DNA of 32,000 nt from Alkalilimnicola ehrlichii MLHE-1 (GTDB taxonomy: Bacteria > Pseudomonadota > Gammaproteobacteria > Nitrococcales > Halorhodospiraceae), in assembly GCF_000014785.1 (NCBI RefSeq), contig NC_008340.1:1470001-1502000 (forward strand), given 5' to 3'. Shown in pieces: positions 15,425 through 24,185 of the stretch. The stretch's first letter is position 1. Each line of letters starts with the position of its first letter. The position numbers were made by a program, and so were the translations under genes. Under the pieces are notes generated by a model. The model ran no database searches. It had not been told where the DNA came from and was given only the letters and a program-made list of their open reading frames with translations.

Positions 15425-17125
15425 ATGAACACAGCGTATTGGACTGAAGCCGTCGAGGCCCCGGCCCGGCGGGTCACGGACCCGCCCAGGAGCGCGGCGA
15501 TTACCGCATTTTACGAAGTGGAACAGGTTCCTACGTCACTGGTGGAGTTCCGCTCCCGCGGCCTTGTGCTGGTGGTCGGGACGCTGGAGCGGGTGCGCGA
15601 CGTGGCCGACCGGCTGCCGGTTGAGGTCCCGTCGGTGCTGTTGGCCACGGATGTCCCCGGCCCGGAAAAGGGGGCGCGGGGTCAACGGATCATTTGCGGC
15701 AAACTGTCGCACCTGACGGGCTATCTGGGTCGTTTCGACGCGTTCCTGAGCGGGCCCGGTGGCGCGGCGGTGAATCTGGCCGAACTGGCCGGCCTGGAGC
15801 AACCGCACTTCGATCTGGTGCTGGATCTGGCCGCCGATCCGCTGTTCGGGGTGGAAACGCCGCCGCTGGGTTATTTCCGGCCGGAGTCGGACGCGGAGCT
15901 GGCCGAGGCCCTGGCGCTGTTGCCGGAGATGGCCGGCCAGTTCGACAAACCCAAGTTTTTCAACCTGGACACCGACATCTGCGCCCACGGCGCCAGCGGC
16001 CTGACCGGCTGCACACGCTGCCTGGATGGCTGTACCACCGGCGCCATCACCTCGCTGGGCGATATGATCGAGGTGAACCCCTACCTCTGCCAGGGGGTGG
16101 GGGTGTGCGTCAGCGCCTGCCCCTCGGGGGCCTTGAGCTACGCCTTCCCCCAGCCGCGTGATCTGCTCAAGGCGATCAAGGCGGCCTTGGCCGCCTACTT
16201 CGAGGCCGGCGGCAAACGGCCGGTGATCGCCCTGCACGATGAGCAGCTGGGCGCGCGCTACCTGGGTGAGCGTATGGCCCAGGCGCCGGAGAACCTCATC
16301 CCGGTGCAGGTCGAGGAGACCGCTTCGGTGGGGATGGACGTCTGGCTGGCGGCCCTGGCGTACGGTGCCGCCGGGGTGATCCTGTACACCACCCCCGCCG
16401 TCCCCCAGCGGGTCACCCGGGAGCTGGATCGCCAGCTCGACTACGCCCGCAGCATCCTGACCGGAATGGGGCACGCGCCCGGGCGGTTGAGTCGGGTGCT
16501 TCTGGACGACGGGGCCGGTGACGATCCCTTCGCCGCGGCCCGCCAGCCGGCCGCGGACTGGCCGCCGGCCTCGTTCCTGACCTTCAACGCCAAACGCAAC
16601 ACCCTCGGCCTGGCCCTCGACCACCTGTTCCGTAACGCCCCGGCGCCCGCCCGCGAGGTGGCGCTGGCCCCGGGGGCCCCCTTTGGCGAGGTGTTGGTGA
16701 ATACCGACGCCTGCACCCTGTGCATGGCCTGTGCGCAGGTCTGTCCCAGCAGTGCGCTGACCGACAACCCGGAATCGGTGCAACTGCGCTTCATCGAGGA
16801 CAACTGTGTCCAGTGCGGGCTGTGTCAGACCGCCTGCCCGGAGGAGGCGGTCAGCCTGCGGCCGCGGCTGCTGTATGACGGCCCCGAGCGCCGGCAGGCG
16901 CGGGTATTGAATGAAGAGGCGCCATTCCACTGCGTCAGTTGCGGGGCGCCCTTCGCCACCGCCAGTGTCATCACCCGGATGCTCGACCAGTTGAGCGGGC
17001 ACCGCATGTTCCAGTCGGAGGAGCAGCAGCGGCGGTTGCAGATGTGCGGCGACTGCCGGGTCAGGGACATGTTCCGCAAAGAGCAACAGGGCGAGGTCTT
17101 CGGCGACCAGGGAGGTGTGCAATGA
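15425..17125 (+). CDS. Multi-cluster 4Fe-4S ferredoxin-domain protein (567 aa), FDH-associated
   Basis: A Cys-free N-terminal region of about 190 aa comes first. The cluster motifs are CAHGASGLTGCTRCLDGC, CQGVGVCVSACP, CTLCMACAQVCP and CVQCGLCQTACP, followed by a C-terminal CVSC...CGDC pair. The start is placed at 15425 because the longer ORF from 15083 overlaps the DUF3306 gene and contains the sigma-54 promoter. Confidence 0.75.
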   Translation: MNTAYWTEAVEAPARRVTDPPRSAAITAFYEVEQVPTSLVEFRSRGLVLVVGTLERVRDVADRLPVEVPSVLLATDVPGPEKGARGQRIICGKLSHLTGYLGRFDAFLSGPGGAAVNLAELAGLEQPHFDLVLDLAADPLFGVETPPLGYFRPESDAELAEALALLPEMAGQFDKPKFFNLDTDICAHGASGLTGCTRCLDGCTTGAITSLGDMIEVNPYLCQGVGVCVSACPSGALSYAFPQPRDLLKAIKAALAAYFEAGGKRPVIALHDEQLGARYLGERMAQAPENLIPVQVEETASVGMDVWLAALAYGAAGVILYTTPAVPQRVTRELDRQLDYARSILTGMGHAPGRLSRVLLDDGAGDDPFAAARQPAADWPPASFLTFNAKRNTLGLALDHLFRNAPAPAREVALAPGAPFGEVLVNTDACTLCMACAQVCPSSALTDNPESVQLRFIEDNCVQCGLCQTACPEEAVSLRPRLLYDGPERRQARVLNEEAPFHCVSCGAPFATASVITRMLDQLSGHRMFQSEEQQRRLQMCGDCRVRDMFRKEQQGEVFGDQGGVQ

Positions 17126-17745
17126 AGGGGGCTGCGCAAATGCCGACGGAGGCCCGGGATTCGGACCAGACGCTGCGGGCGGCCACCTGGCAGTTGCTGG
17201 GAACGTTGCTGGCGGCGCCACCGGAAGAGTCGCTCCTGAAGGAACTGCGTCAGATCCGACCGGAGTCGGCGCCGGAGCATGCGGACCGGACATTGATGAA
17301 CGAAGGCTGGCGCGCCCTGAACGAGATGGCCGAGGGGTATACCCCGGCCAGCCTCGCGACCGAGTATCAGGATCTGTTCATCGGCGCGCCGGAGGGGGAG
17401 CTGGTGCCCTATGCCTCCTGGTACCTCACCGGCTCGCTGATGGAACGCCCGCTGGTCCGGCTGCGCGCGGACCTGCAGGCGCTGGGCATCGTGCGCCAGG
17501 ACGGGGTCACGGAGCCGGAGGACCATGCCGGGGCCCTGTGCGAGATCATGGCGTTCCTGGTCAGCGATCCGGACACGCCCCTGGCCGAGGAGAAGCGCTT
17601 TTTCCAGACCCATATTGAACCTTGGATGGGCCGTCTGATGGAGGACCTTCAGACGGCGAACAGCGCCCGCGGCTACCGCGCCGTGGGGGTTTTCGGCGAG
17701 CGCTATCTGGCGCTCGAGGATCGTTATCTGAAGATGCTCGCCTAA
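17122..17745 (+). CDS. TorD/DmsD-family redox-enzyme maturation chaperone
   Basis: There is an ATGA overlap with the upstream stop, and GGAGG lies 6 nt upstream. The motifs EYQDLFIG...VPYASWY and EPEDHAGALCEIMAFL are typical of TorD-like chaperones. Confidence 0.75.
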   Translation: MKGAAQMPTEARDSDQTLRAATWQLLGTLLAAPPEESLLKELRQIRPESAPEHADRTLMNEGWRALNEMAEGYTPASLATEYQDLFIGAPEGELVPYASWYLTGSLMERPLVRLRADLQALGIVRQDGVTEPEDHAGALCEIMAFLVSDPDTPLAEEKRFFQTHIEPWMGRLMEDLQTANSARGYRAVGVFGERYLALEDRYLKMLA

Positions 17746-17809
17746 GTGGGGCGGCCGTCGAGTTGGTCTGACCCTAATGGTCATCGTTGAAGTCGGGAGG
17801 GTGATAGCC

Positions 17810-18028
17810 ATGAAGTCGCAGAGCGCGGAACAGAACGTACGCAAGGATCGGCGGCGGTTCATGAAGACGGTGGCGCTGGGTGGTGCCACGGTGGGGCTGG
17901 GCAGCACCGCGGCCGGGGCCTTTGCCCTGGAGCCGGCGGAAGCGTCCGTGCAGGCCCCGGCCGGGACCAAGCCGGGTTACCGGGTCACCGAGCACGTCAG
18001 CACTTATTACAGCAAGGCCGATTTCTGA
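17810..18028 (+). CDS. Small Tat-signal protein of formate dehydrogenase operons ('formate dehydrogenase region TAT target', FdhX-like)
   Basis: 72 aa, with GGGAGG 9 nt upstream and the twin-arginine motif KDRRRFMKTVALGG. The short mature part ends GYRVTEHVSTYYSKADF. It sits immediately before the FDH alpha gene. Confidence 0.7.
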   Translation: MKSQSAEQNVRKDRRRFMKTVALGGATVGLGSTAAGAFALEPAEASVQAPAGTKPGYRVTEHVSTYYSKADF

Positions 18029-18096
18029 CGCGGCCCGGTCAACGGTTGTTGCATTTCGAGGAAGCGGGCGAGCCCCGCGACTGGAGGAGACTGATC

Positions 18097-20985
18097 ATGA
18101 AACTCGAGAAAAGAAAGGGCAGCTCGGCAGCCACTGCCGTGGGCGGCTTTCTCGGACGGGCCGTGGACCGGCGCACCTTCTTGAGGGGTTCCGGCCTCGC
18201 TGTCGGGGGCACGGCGGCGGCCGCCGCCATGCTCGAGCCGCGGATGATGCGCAAGGCGAAGGCGTCGGAGCGCGCCCGGTTTGACCCCAATGCCGACATC
18301 AAGGAGGTGAAGACGGTCTGCACCCACTGCTCCGTGGGGTGCGGTGTGATCGCCGAAGTGCAGAACGGTGTCTGGGTGGGGCAGGAGCCCAATTTCGACA
18401 GCCCGATCAACCTCGGGGCGCACTGTGCCAAGGGCGCCTCGTTACGTAACCACGGCCACTCGGGGCGGCGCACCAAGTACCCGATGAAGCTGGTCAATGG
18501 CCGCTGGGAGCGTATCGGCTGGGAGCAGGCCATCGAGGAGATCGGCGACAAGCTGCTGCAGATCCGCGAGGAGTCGGGTCCGGACGCACTCTGGTTCGCC
18601 GGCTCGTCCAAGGCCAGCAACGAGGGGGCCTACCTGCAGCGCAAGTTCGCGGCCTTCTGGGGCTCGAACAACTGTGACCACCAGGCGCGTATCTGCCACT
18701 CCACCACGGTGGCGGGGGTGGCGAACACCTGGGGTTATGGTGCCATGACCAACTCCTACAACGACATCACGAAGTCCAACTGCATCGTGATGTGCGGCTC
18801 CAATGCGGCCGAGGCCCACCCGGTCGCCATGCAGATGATCCTGCGGGGAAAGGAGAATGGCGCCAAACTGATTGTTATGGATCCGCGTTTCACCCGCACC
18901 GCCGCCCACTCCGATATCTTCGTGCGGCCCCGGTCGGGCACCGACGTGGCGCTGATCTACGGCATCCTGTGGCATATCTTCGAGAACGGCTGGGAGGACA
19001 GCACCTACATCCGCCAGCGGGTCTGGGGCATGGATCGGGTGCGCGAGGAGGTGGCCCACTGGACCCCCGAAGAGGTGGAGCGGGTGGCCGGCGTCGGCGA
19101 GGAGGCGCTGCGCGATGTGGCCAAGACCATCGTCGACAACAGCCCGATGACCTTTATTTGGTGTATGGGCGGCACCCAGCACACGATCGGTAACAACTAC
19201 GTGCGCGCCTACAATCACCTGCTGCTGGCCACCGGCAACGTCGGGGTCTCCGGCGGCGGGGCCAATATCTTCCGCGGTCACGACAACGTCCAGGGGGCCA
19301 CCGACGTCGGCCCCAACGCCCACATCCTGCCCGGCTACTTCCCCCACTCCGAGGGGGGCTGGCGGCACTGGGCCCGGGTCTGGGACGTGGACTACGAGTA
19401 CCTGCAGGGCCGGTTTGACCCGGCGGAGTACGACGACGGCTCCGGTGGCCAGGCGAAGCCCATGCACATGCCGGGCATCCCGGTATCGCGCTGGATCGAC
19501 GGGGTGCTCGAGGATGCGGACAACCTCTCGCAAAAAGACAACATCCGCGCCGTGATGTTCTGGGGCCACGCGCCCAACAGTCAGACCCGGCTGCCGGAGA
19601 TGAAGGAGGCCATGGAGAAGCTGGATCTCCTGGTCATCGCGGACCCCTATCCCACGGTCTCCGCTGTGCTGCATGACCGGCAGAACGACACCTACCTGCT
19701 GCCCGCCTGCACCCAGTTCGAGACCCGGGGCTCGGCCACCGCCTCCAACCGCTCCCTGCAGTGGCGCGACAAGGTCATCGAGCCGCTGTTCGAGGGCAAG
19801 CCGGATCACGAGATCGCCTATCTGCTCGCCCGCAAGCTCGGGTTTGCCGACGAGATGTTCAAGAACATCCGCATCGAGGGCACCGAGCCGGTGGTGGAGG
19901 ATGTGCTGCGGGAGATCAACCGGGGAACCTGGACCATCGGCTACACCGGCCAGAGCCCGGAGCGGCTCAAGAAGCACATGGAGAACCAGGCCACCTTCGA
20001 TGTCGTCTCGCTGAAAGCGGAGGGCGGTCCCTGTGACGGAGAGTACTACGGCCTGCCGTGGCCCTGCTGGGGCACGGCGGAGATGGGTCACCCGGGTACC
20101 CCCAACCTGTATGACACCAGCAAGCATGTGGCCGAGGGCGGACTCACCTTCCGCGCCCGTTTTGGCACCGAGTACGAGGGCGAGAACCTGTTGGCTGAGG
20201 GCTCCTACTCCAAGGGCTCGGCCATCCGGGACGGTTACCCGGAGATCACCGCCGACATGATCAAGCAGCTCGGCTGGTGGGATGATCTCACTGACGAGGA
20301 GAAGGCGCAGGCCGAGGGCCGGGACTGGAAGACCGATCTCTCCGGCGGGCTGCAGCGGGTGGCCATCAAGCACGGTCTGGCCCCCTTCGGTAACGCCAAG
20401 GCCCGCTGCTACGTCTGGAACTTCCCGGACCCCGTGCCGGTTCACCGCGAGCCGCTGTACACCCCGCGGTATGACCTGGTGTCCGACTACCCGACCTACG
20501 AGGACCGCAAGGCTTTCTATCGGCTGCCCACCCGCTGGGCCTCCGTTCAGGCCCAGGACTACTCCGGCGACTACCCGCTGATCCACACCAGCGGCCGCCT
20601 GGTGGAGTACGAGGGCGGCGGTGAGGAGACCCGTTCCAACCCCTGGCTGGCGGAGCTCAAGCAGGAGATGTTCGTGGAGATCAACCCGCGCGACGCCAAC
20701 AACGCCGGGGTGCGGAATAACGAGTGGGTCTGGCTGGAGGGCCCCGAGGGCGGGCGCATCCGCATCAAGGCCCTGGTCACCCGTCGGGTGGCGGCGGGCA
20801 CGGTGTTCACGCCCTTCCACTTCGGCGGCCACTTCCAGGGTGAGGACCTGCTGGCCAAGTACCCGGAGGGGGCCTCCCCCTACGTGCGTGGCGAGTCCAA
20901 CAATACCGCCACCACCTATGGGTACGACTCGGTCACGATGATGCAGGAGACCAAGACCACCCTGTGCCGTGTGGTTCCGGCCTGA
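18097..20985 (+). CDS. fdhA: Formate dehydrogenase alpha subunit (Mo/W-bis-PGD), Tat-exported, cysteine type
   Basis: GGAGGA lies 8 nt upstream of the ATG. It has the Tat motif VDRRTFLRGSG, the N-terminal FeS motif CTHCSVGCG...C, and the active-site context HQARICHSTTV (Cys-His where Sec-His occurs in selenoenzymes). There is no in-frame TGA. Confidence 0.9.
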   Translation: MKLEKRKGSSAATAVGGFLGRAVDRRTFLRGSGLAVGGTAAAAAMLEPRMMRKAKASERARFDPNADIKEVKTVCTHCSVGCGVIAEVQNGVWVGQEPNFDSPINLGAHCAKGASLRNHGHSGRRTKYPMKLVNGRWERIGWEQAIEEIGDKLLQIREESGPDALWFAGSSKASNEGAYLQRKFAAFWGSNNCDHQARICHSTTVAGVANTWGYGAMTNSYNDITKSNCIVMCGSNAAEAHPVAMQMILRGKENGAKLIVMDPRFTRTAAHSDIFVRPRSGTDVALIYGILWHIFENGWEDSTYIRQRVWGMDRVREEVAHWTPEEVERVAGVGEEALRDVAKTIVDNSPMTFIWCMGGTQHTIGNNYVRAYNHLLLATGNVGVSGGGANIFRGHDNVQGATDVGPNAHILPGYFPHSEGGWRHWARVWDVDYEYLQGRFDPAEYDDGSGGQAKPMHMPGIPVSRWIDGVLEDADNLSQKDNIRAVMFWGHAPNSQTRLPEMKEAMEKLDLLVIADPYPTVSAVLHDRQNDTYLLPACTQFETRGSATASNRSLQWRDKVIEPLFEGKPDHEIAYLLARKLGFADEMFKNIRIEGTEPVVEDVLREINRGTWTIGYTGQSPERLKKHMENQATFDVVSLKAEGGPCDGEYYGLPWPCWGTAEMGHPGTPNLYDTSKHVAEGGLTFRARFGTEYEGENLLAEGSYSKGSAIRDGYPEITADMIKQLGWWDDLTDEEKAQAEGRDWKTDLSGGLQRVAIKHGLAPFGNAKARCYVWNFPDPVPVHREPLYTPRYDLVSDYPTYEDRKAFYRLPTRWASVQAQDYSGDYPLIHTSGRLVEYEGGGEETRSNPWLAELKQEMFVEINPRDANNAGVRNNEWVWLEGPEGGRIRIKALVTRRVAAGTVFTPFHFGGHFQGEDLLAKYPEGASPYVRGESNNTATTYGYDSVTMMQETKTTLCRVVPA

Positions 20986-21015
20986 GCCAAAGGATAACGA
21001 GAGGAGAGTGCCGTC

Positions 21016-21606
21016 ATGGCGAGAATGAAATTCCTTTGTGACGCCGAGCGCTGCATCGAGTGTCAGGCCTGCGTCACGGCGTGCAAGAACGAGCACGAGG
21101 TCCCGTGGGGTGTGAACCGCCGGCGGGTGATCGTGATGGATGACGGGGTGCCGGGCGAGAAGGCGGTATCGGTGGCGTGCATGCACTGCACCGATGCCCC
21201 CTGCGCCGCGGTCTGCCCGGTGGACTGCTTCTACACCACCGACGATGGCGTGGTGCTGCACGACAAGGACCTGTGCATCGGCTGCGGTTACTGCTTCTAC
21301 GCCTGTCCCTTTGGTGCGCCGCAGTTCCCGCAGCAGACCGCCTTCGGGGTCCGCGGCAAGATGGACAAGTGCACCTTCTGCGCCGGGGGGCCGGAGCCGG
21401 CCCACTCGGAGGCCGAGCAGGTCAAGTACGGTACCAACCGTCTGGCCGAGGGTAAGCTGCCCCTGTGCGCCGAGATGTGCGCCACCAAGGCACTGATTGC
21501 CGGTGACGGCAACGTGCTGTCGGACATCTACCGCAAGCGTTTGATCAAGCGCGGTGGCCGACCGCAGACCTGGGGTTGGCAGGCGGCATACGGACAGGAG
21601 GCATGA
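21016..21606 (+). CDS. fdhB: Formate dehydrogenase beta subunit (four 4Fe-4S clusters, no membrane anchor)
   Basis: The cluster motifs are CIECQACVTAC, CMHCTDAPCAAVCP, CIGCGYCFYACP and CTFC...CAEMC. GAGAGGAGAG lies upstream of the start. Confidence 0.9.
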   Translation: MARMKFLCDAERCIECQACVTACKNEHEVPWGVNRRRVIVMDDGVPGEKAVSVACMHCTDAPCAAVCPVDCFYTTDDGVVLHDKDLCIGCGYCFYACPFGAPQFPQQTAFGVRGKMDKCTFCAGGPEPAHSEAEQVKYGTNRLAEGKLPLCAEMCATKALIAGDGNVLSDIYRKRLIKRGGRPQTWGWQAAYGQEA

Positions 21607-21839
21607 GGCCGATGATGCAGCGTGGTACGGAACAGTCCCGACGATCTGTCCCCGGACGGCCCCTGCTGCTGGCAGGGGCCCTCGTCCTGAGCGGCGGTCT
21701 GCTGACCGCCTGCTCGGGGGAGGTCACCTACTACGAGCCCGGGGTCTACAAGGGCGGCGAGGATGAGCTTAAAGAGAGCGCCGAGGAGCGTGCCGAGGCC
21801 CTGCGTGAACGGGCCCTGCAGGCGCACACCGACCGCTGA
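21603..21839 (+). CDS. Small lipoprotein (78 aa) encoded between the FDH beta and gamma genes
   Basis: The ATG at 21603 overlaps the fdhB stop (ATGA). It has a signal peptide with the lipobox LLTAC. The mature part is about 45 aa and charged (GEVTYYEPGVYKGGEDELKESAEERAEALRERAL). Confidence 0.55.
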   Translation: MRPMMQRGTEQSRRSVPGRPLLLAGALVLSGGLLTACSGEVTYYEPGVYKGGEDELKESAEERAEALRERALQAHTDR

Positions 21840-21856
21840 GGCGTGGAGGGTTGATT

Positions 21857-22969
21857 ATGTCCACAAGTACACGCACCGCCCGGGAGAGACTCGCGCGGCG
21901 CAAGAAGTCCATGGCCTGGACCTTCTGCCTGGTGTTGGTGCTGTCCATGGCACTCCCGCTCGGGGCGTACCTGGTCACGACGCCGGGGGCCGTGGCGCAG
22001 CCCGCCGGGGAGCGCTTCTCGGAGGAGCACGCCACCAATCCGCGGTCTGACACTTGGCGCCACGCCCGGGCCGACGGCGAGGGCTTCACCACGGCCAGCG
22101 GTCCCTATGTCACCAACCAGTTGATCTCCAACATTGGCGAGAACTGGCGTCAGATGCGCAACGGCCCCGTCAAGGCGGTCGGCAGTTGGGTGATGGGGCT
22201 CTCCCTGGCGGCCGTTGCTCTGTTCTTTCTGGTCCGGGGGCGGATCCGGCTGGACGGGGGACGATCCGGGATGACCGTGCCGCGATGGACGGTCTTTGAG
22301 CGTTCGGTCCACTGGTTCGTCGCCATCAGCTTCATCATCCTGTCCATCACCGGGTTGTCCCTGCTGTTCGGGCGGCACGTGCTCATTCCGCTCATGGGCA
22401 ACGCCGGCTTCGCCGGTTACGCCCAGGCGGCGATGTACGTGCACAACTTTCTGGGGCCGGCGTTCGGGGTGGCGCTGCTGGTGATGATCCTCATGTGGAT
22501 CCGCAACAATATACCGACGGGTACCGATCTTAAATGGTTTGCCACCGGTGGCGGTCTGATTGGCAAGGGGCATCCCTCCGCCGGCAAGCTCAACGGCGGC
22601 GAGAAGGTCTGGTACTGGCTCGGTGTGGTGATCATGGGCTCCATCGTGGTGGTGACCGGGTTCATCCTGGACTTCCCCAACTGGGGGCAAAGCCGTGAAA
22701 TCATGGCCTGGTCGCAGGTGCTGCATGCGGTGGTGGCCATGTTCTGGATCGCCTTCGCCTTCGGCCACATCTATATCGGTACGCTGGGCACCGAGGGGGC
22801 CTTTGAGGGCATGGCCAAAGGCCGGGTGGACACCAACTGGGCCAAGCAACACCACGATCTGTGGTATGACGAGCTGATCCAGCAAGGGGTGAAGCCTGAG
22901 CCGGCGGAGGAGGCGGGCGCAACCGCCCCGTCGCCCGAGCCCGCCGCCGGGCAGAAACCCACCAGTTGA
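21857..22969 (+). CDS. fdhC: Formate dehydrogenase gamma subunit (membrane cytochrome b, long form with N-terminal periplasmic extension)
   Basis: GGAGGG lies 6 nt before the ATG at 21857. It has FdnI-like TM helices with conserved His residues (ERSVHWFVAISFIIL, MYVHNFLGP, QVLHAVVAMFWIAFAFGHIYIG). Confidence 0.85.
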   Translation: MSTSTRTARERLARRKKSMAWTFCLVLVLSMALPLGAYLVTTPGAVAQPAGERFSEEHATNPRSDTWRHARADGEGFTTASGPYVTNQLISNIGENWRQMRNGPVKAVGSWVMGLSLAAVALFFLVRGRIRLDGGRSGMTVPRWTVFERSVHWFVAISFIILSITGLSLLFGRHVLIPLMGNAGFAGYAQAAMYVHNFLGPAFGVALLVMILMWIRNNIPTGTDLKWFATGGGLIGKGHPSAGKLNGGEKVWYWLGVVIMGSIVVVTGFILDFPNWGQSREIMAWSQVLHAVVAMFWIAFAFGHIYIGTLGTEGAFEGMAKGRVDTNWAKQHHDLWYDELIQQGVKPEPAEEAGATAPSPEPAAGQKPTS

Positions 22970-23008
22970 TGGCTCTCGGGAAGCGGGCCATGGAAGGCCT
23001 GGGAAGGC

Positions 23009-23039
23009 GCCGGAATCGGCCGTGTGAGCCGGTTCCGGC
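23009..23039 (+). terminator. 12-bp stem-loop (GCCGGAAUCGGC / cguguga / GCCGGUUCCGGC, one G-U pair), followed 9 nt later by GTTTCTT; likely terminator of the FDH operon
   Basis: Read directly from the sequence, 40 nt after the fdhC stop. Confidence 0.55.
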
Positions 23040-23090
23040 GTCGTGCCTGTTTCTTCCGGGTGCCGCAATGCCACTGAGCAACATCCTTAA

Positions 23091-23591
23091 ATGATGCGCA
23101 AGCTGATCAGAACCTTCCGGGTCGATGATACCGACGACCATGTCTACCCCGTGGCCGCTCGCGTGGGCGAATGGGCGGTACCCGGCGCCTTCGTGTTCCG
23201 TTTCGCCGAGCAGGACCCCGCCACCTGGACCGGTGGCCATCGGCAGGCCTTCCTCACCGGCTTTCTCGGCACCGAGACCTTTGGCTGGTCCACGCTGGTG
23301 GTGGTGGCGGAGATTGACGAGGCGGGCTACAAGACCGTCATTGAGCGTCTGGCGCATTACCTGGTCGCGGTCTATGGCGCGCCGGGCCTGGAGGCTGCGC
23401 TGCCCTATGCCCGGGAGGAGGTGGCCTATGCCGCGAGCCTGTGTGAGCATCCGGTGAATACCGTGCTCGCGGTGCAGCGGGAGTCCTCGCCGGACGGTAT
23501 CCAGGAGAACTACCGGACGCTGCGTGAGCAGGCCAACTGGGAGGGCGAGGGCGTGCGGATCTGGAAACCGGTCCCCACCGATCCCTCGTAG
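23091..23591 (+). CDS. Conserved hypothetical cytoplasmic protein (166 aa; possibly DUF6505-like)
   Basis: High-GC3 ORF with no signal peptide or TM helix. The family name is a weak recollection only. Confidence 0.5.
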   Translation: MMRKLIRTFRVDDTDDHVYPVAARVGEWAVPGAFVFRFAEQDPATWTGGHRQAFLTGFLGTETFGWSTLVVVAEIDEAGYKTVIERLAHYLVAVYGAPGLEAALPYAREEVAYAASLCEHPVNTVLAVQRESSPDGIQENYRTLREQANWEGEGVRIWKPVPTDPS

Positions 23592-23749
23592 CCGGTGAGG
23601 CACCGTCTGCCCCAGCCCCTTGGGCGCCGCCCGGGGCGCCCGCCCCAGCGCCCCGGCGCCCACCGCAACCTTGCCGGATTTGACAACCAACCGGGAAACG
23701 CAAAGAGTAGGCGCTGAGGGATTCAAGGCGGAAAAGGAGCATTTACGGT

Positions 23750-23845
23750 ATGCGTAGCATAGCCACAGGGAAGCTGATCCTGATCGCGGCGCTGGCCCTG
23801 CTGTTGACGGGGTGCGGGCGGGTTCCGCTGGTGCCGATTCTTTAA
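23750..23845 (+). CDS. Candidate 31-aa lipoprotein sORF (MRSIATGKLILIAALALLLTGCGRVPLVPIL)
   Basis: It is too short to appear in the ORF track. AAGGAG lies 10 nt upstream of the ATG. It has a canonical signal peptide plus lipobox LLTGC, and 24 of 31 third positions are G/C. A possible TTGACA(23680)-N17-AAGAGT promoter lies upstream. Confidence 0.4.
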   Translation: MRSIATGKLILIAALALLLTGCGRVPLVPIL

Positions 23846-23903
23846 GCTATCGCCCCGGGTTACCGCAGCGGGGCTGTTCCAGGGTAAATGGAAGGGTAGC
23901 GGG

Positions 23904-24185
23904 ATGTCCGACACAACCGCCGCGCTGCAACGAATGGCGGACGAGCTCGACCGGGTGCTGCGGGGCTCGCAGGAGGAGGCGGAGGCCTTCTATCGGGCCC
24001 GGGCCGTGGAGGTGGGCCGCTTGCTGGATCGTGCCCGTGATGCCCTGCCGCAGGGGGATCAGCCGTTGGCCAGTGATCAGCGCGCCCTGCACGATGCGGC
24101 AGAGCTGGTGGGCCATCTTTATGCGGCCCTGGCGGCCTGGGTGCTGACCGGCGAGGCGCCGGAAGGGATGGGGCGCGGGCGGTGA
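23904..24185 (+). CDS. Hypothetical helical protein (93 aa)
   Basis: High-GC3 ORF whose stop overlaps the next start (GTGA). I do not recognise a family. Confidence 0.45.
   Translation: MSDTTAALQRMADELDRVLRGSQEEAEAFYRARAVEVGRLLDRARDALPQGDQPLASDQRALHDAAELVGHLYAALAAWVLTGEAPEGMGRGR

Noticed and set aside
15536-17293. A 585-aa minus-strand ORF
   Set aside because: It is antisense to the polyferredoxin gene, whose CxxCxxCxxxCP motifs identify the true frame.
18029-18096. A TTGTTGCA motif upstream of fdhA as a second sigma-54 promoter
   Set aside because: No GG dinucleotide lies at the required 10-nt spacing upstream of the GC element.
18097-20985. A selenocysteine-containing FDH with a SECIS element
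   Set aside because: The reading frame is uninterrupted, with no in-frame TGA. The active-site position is encoded as Cys (ARICHSTTV).
18442-21405. A 987-aa ORF on the minus strand, the longest ORF in the window
   Set aside because: It is antisense to the clearly recognisable FDH alpha and beta genes. Its Gly/Arg/Pro/Val/His-rich composition is typical of shadow frames in high-GC DNA, and I see no recognisable motifs.
21746-23074. A 442-aa minus-strand ORF
   Set aside because: It is antisense to the FDH gamma cytochrome b gene.
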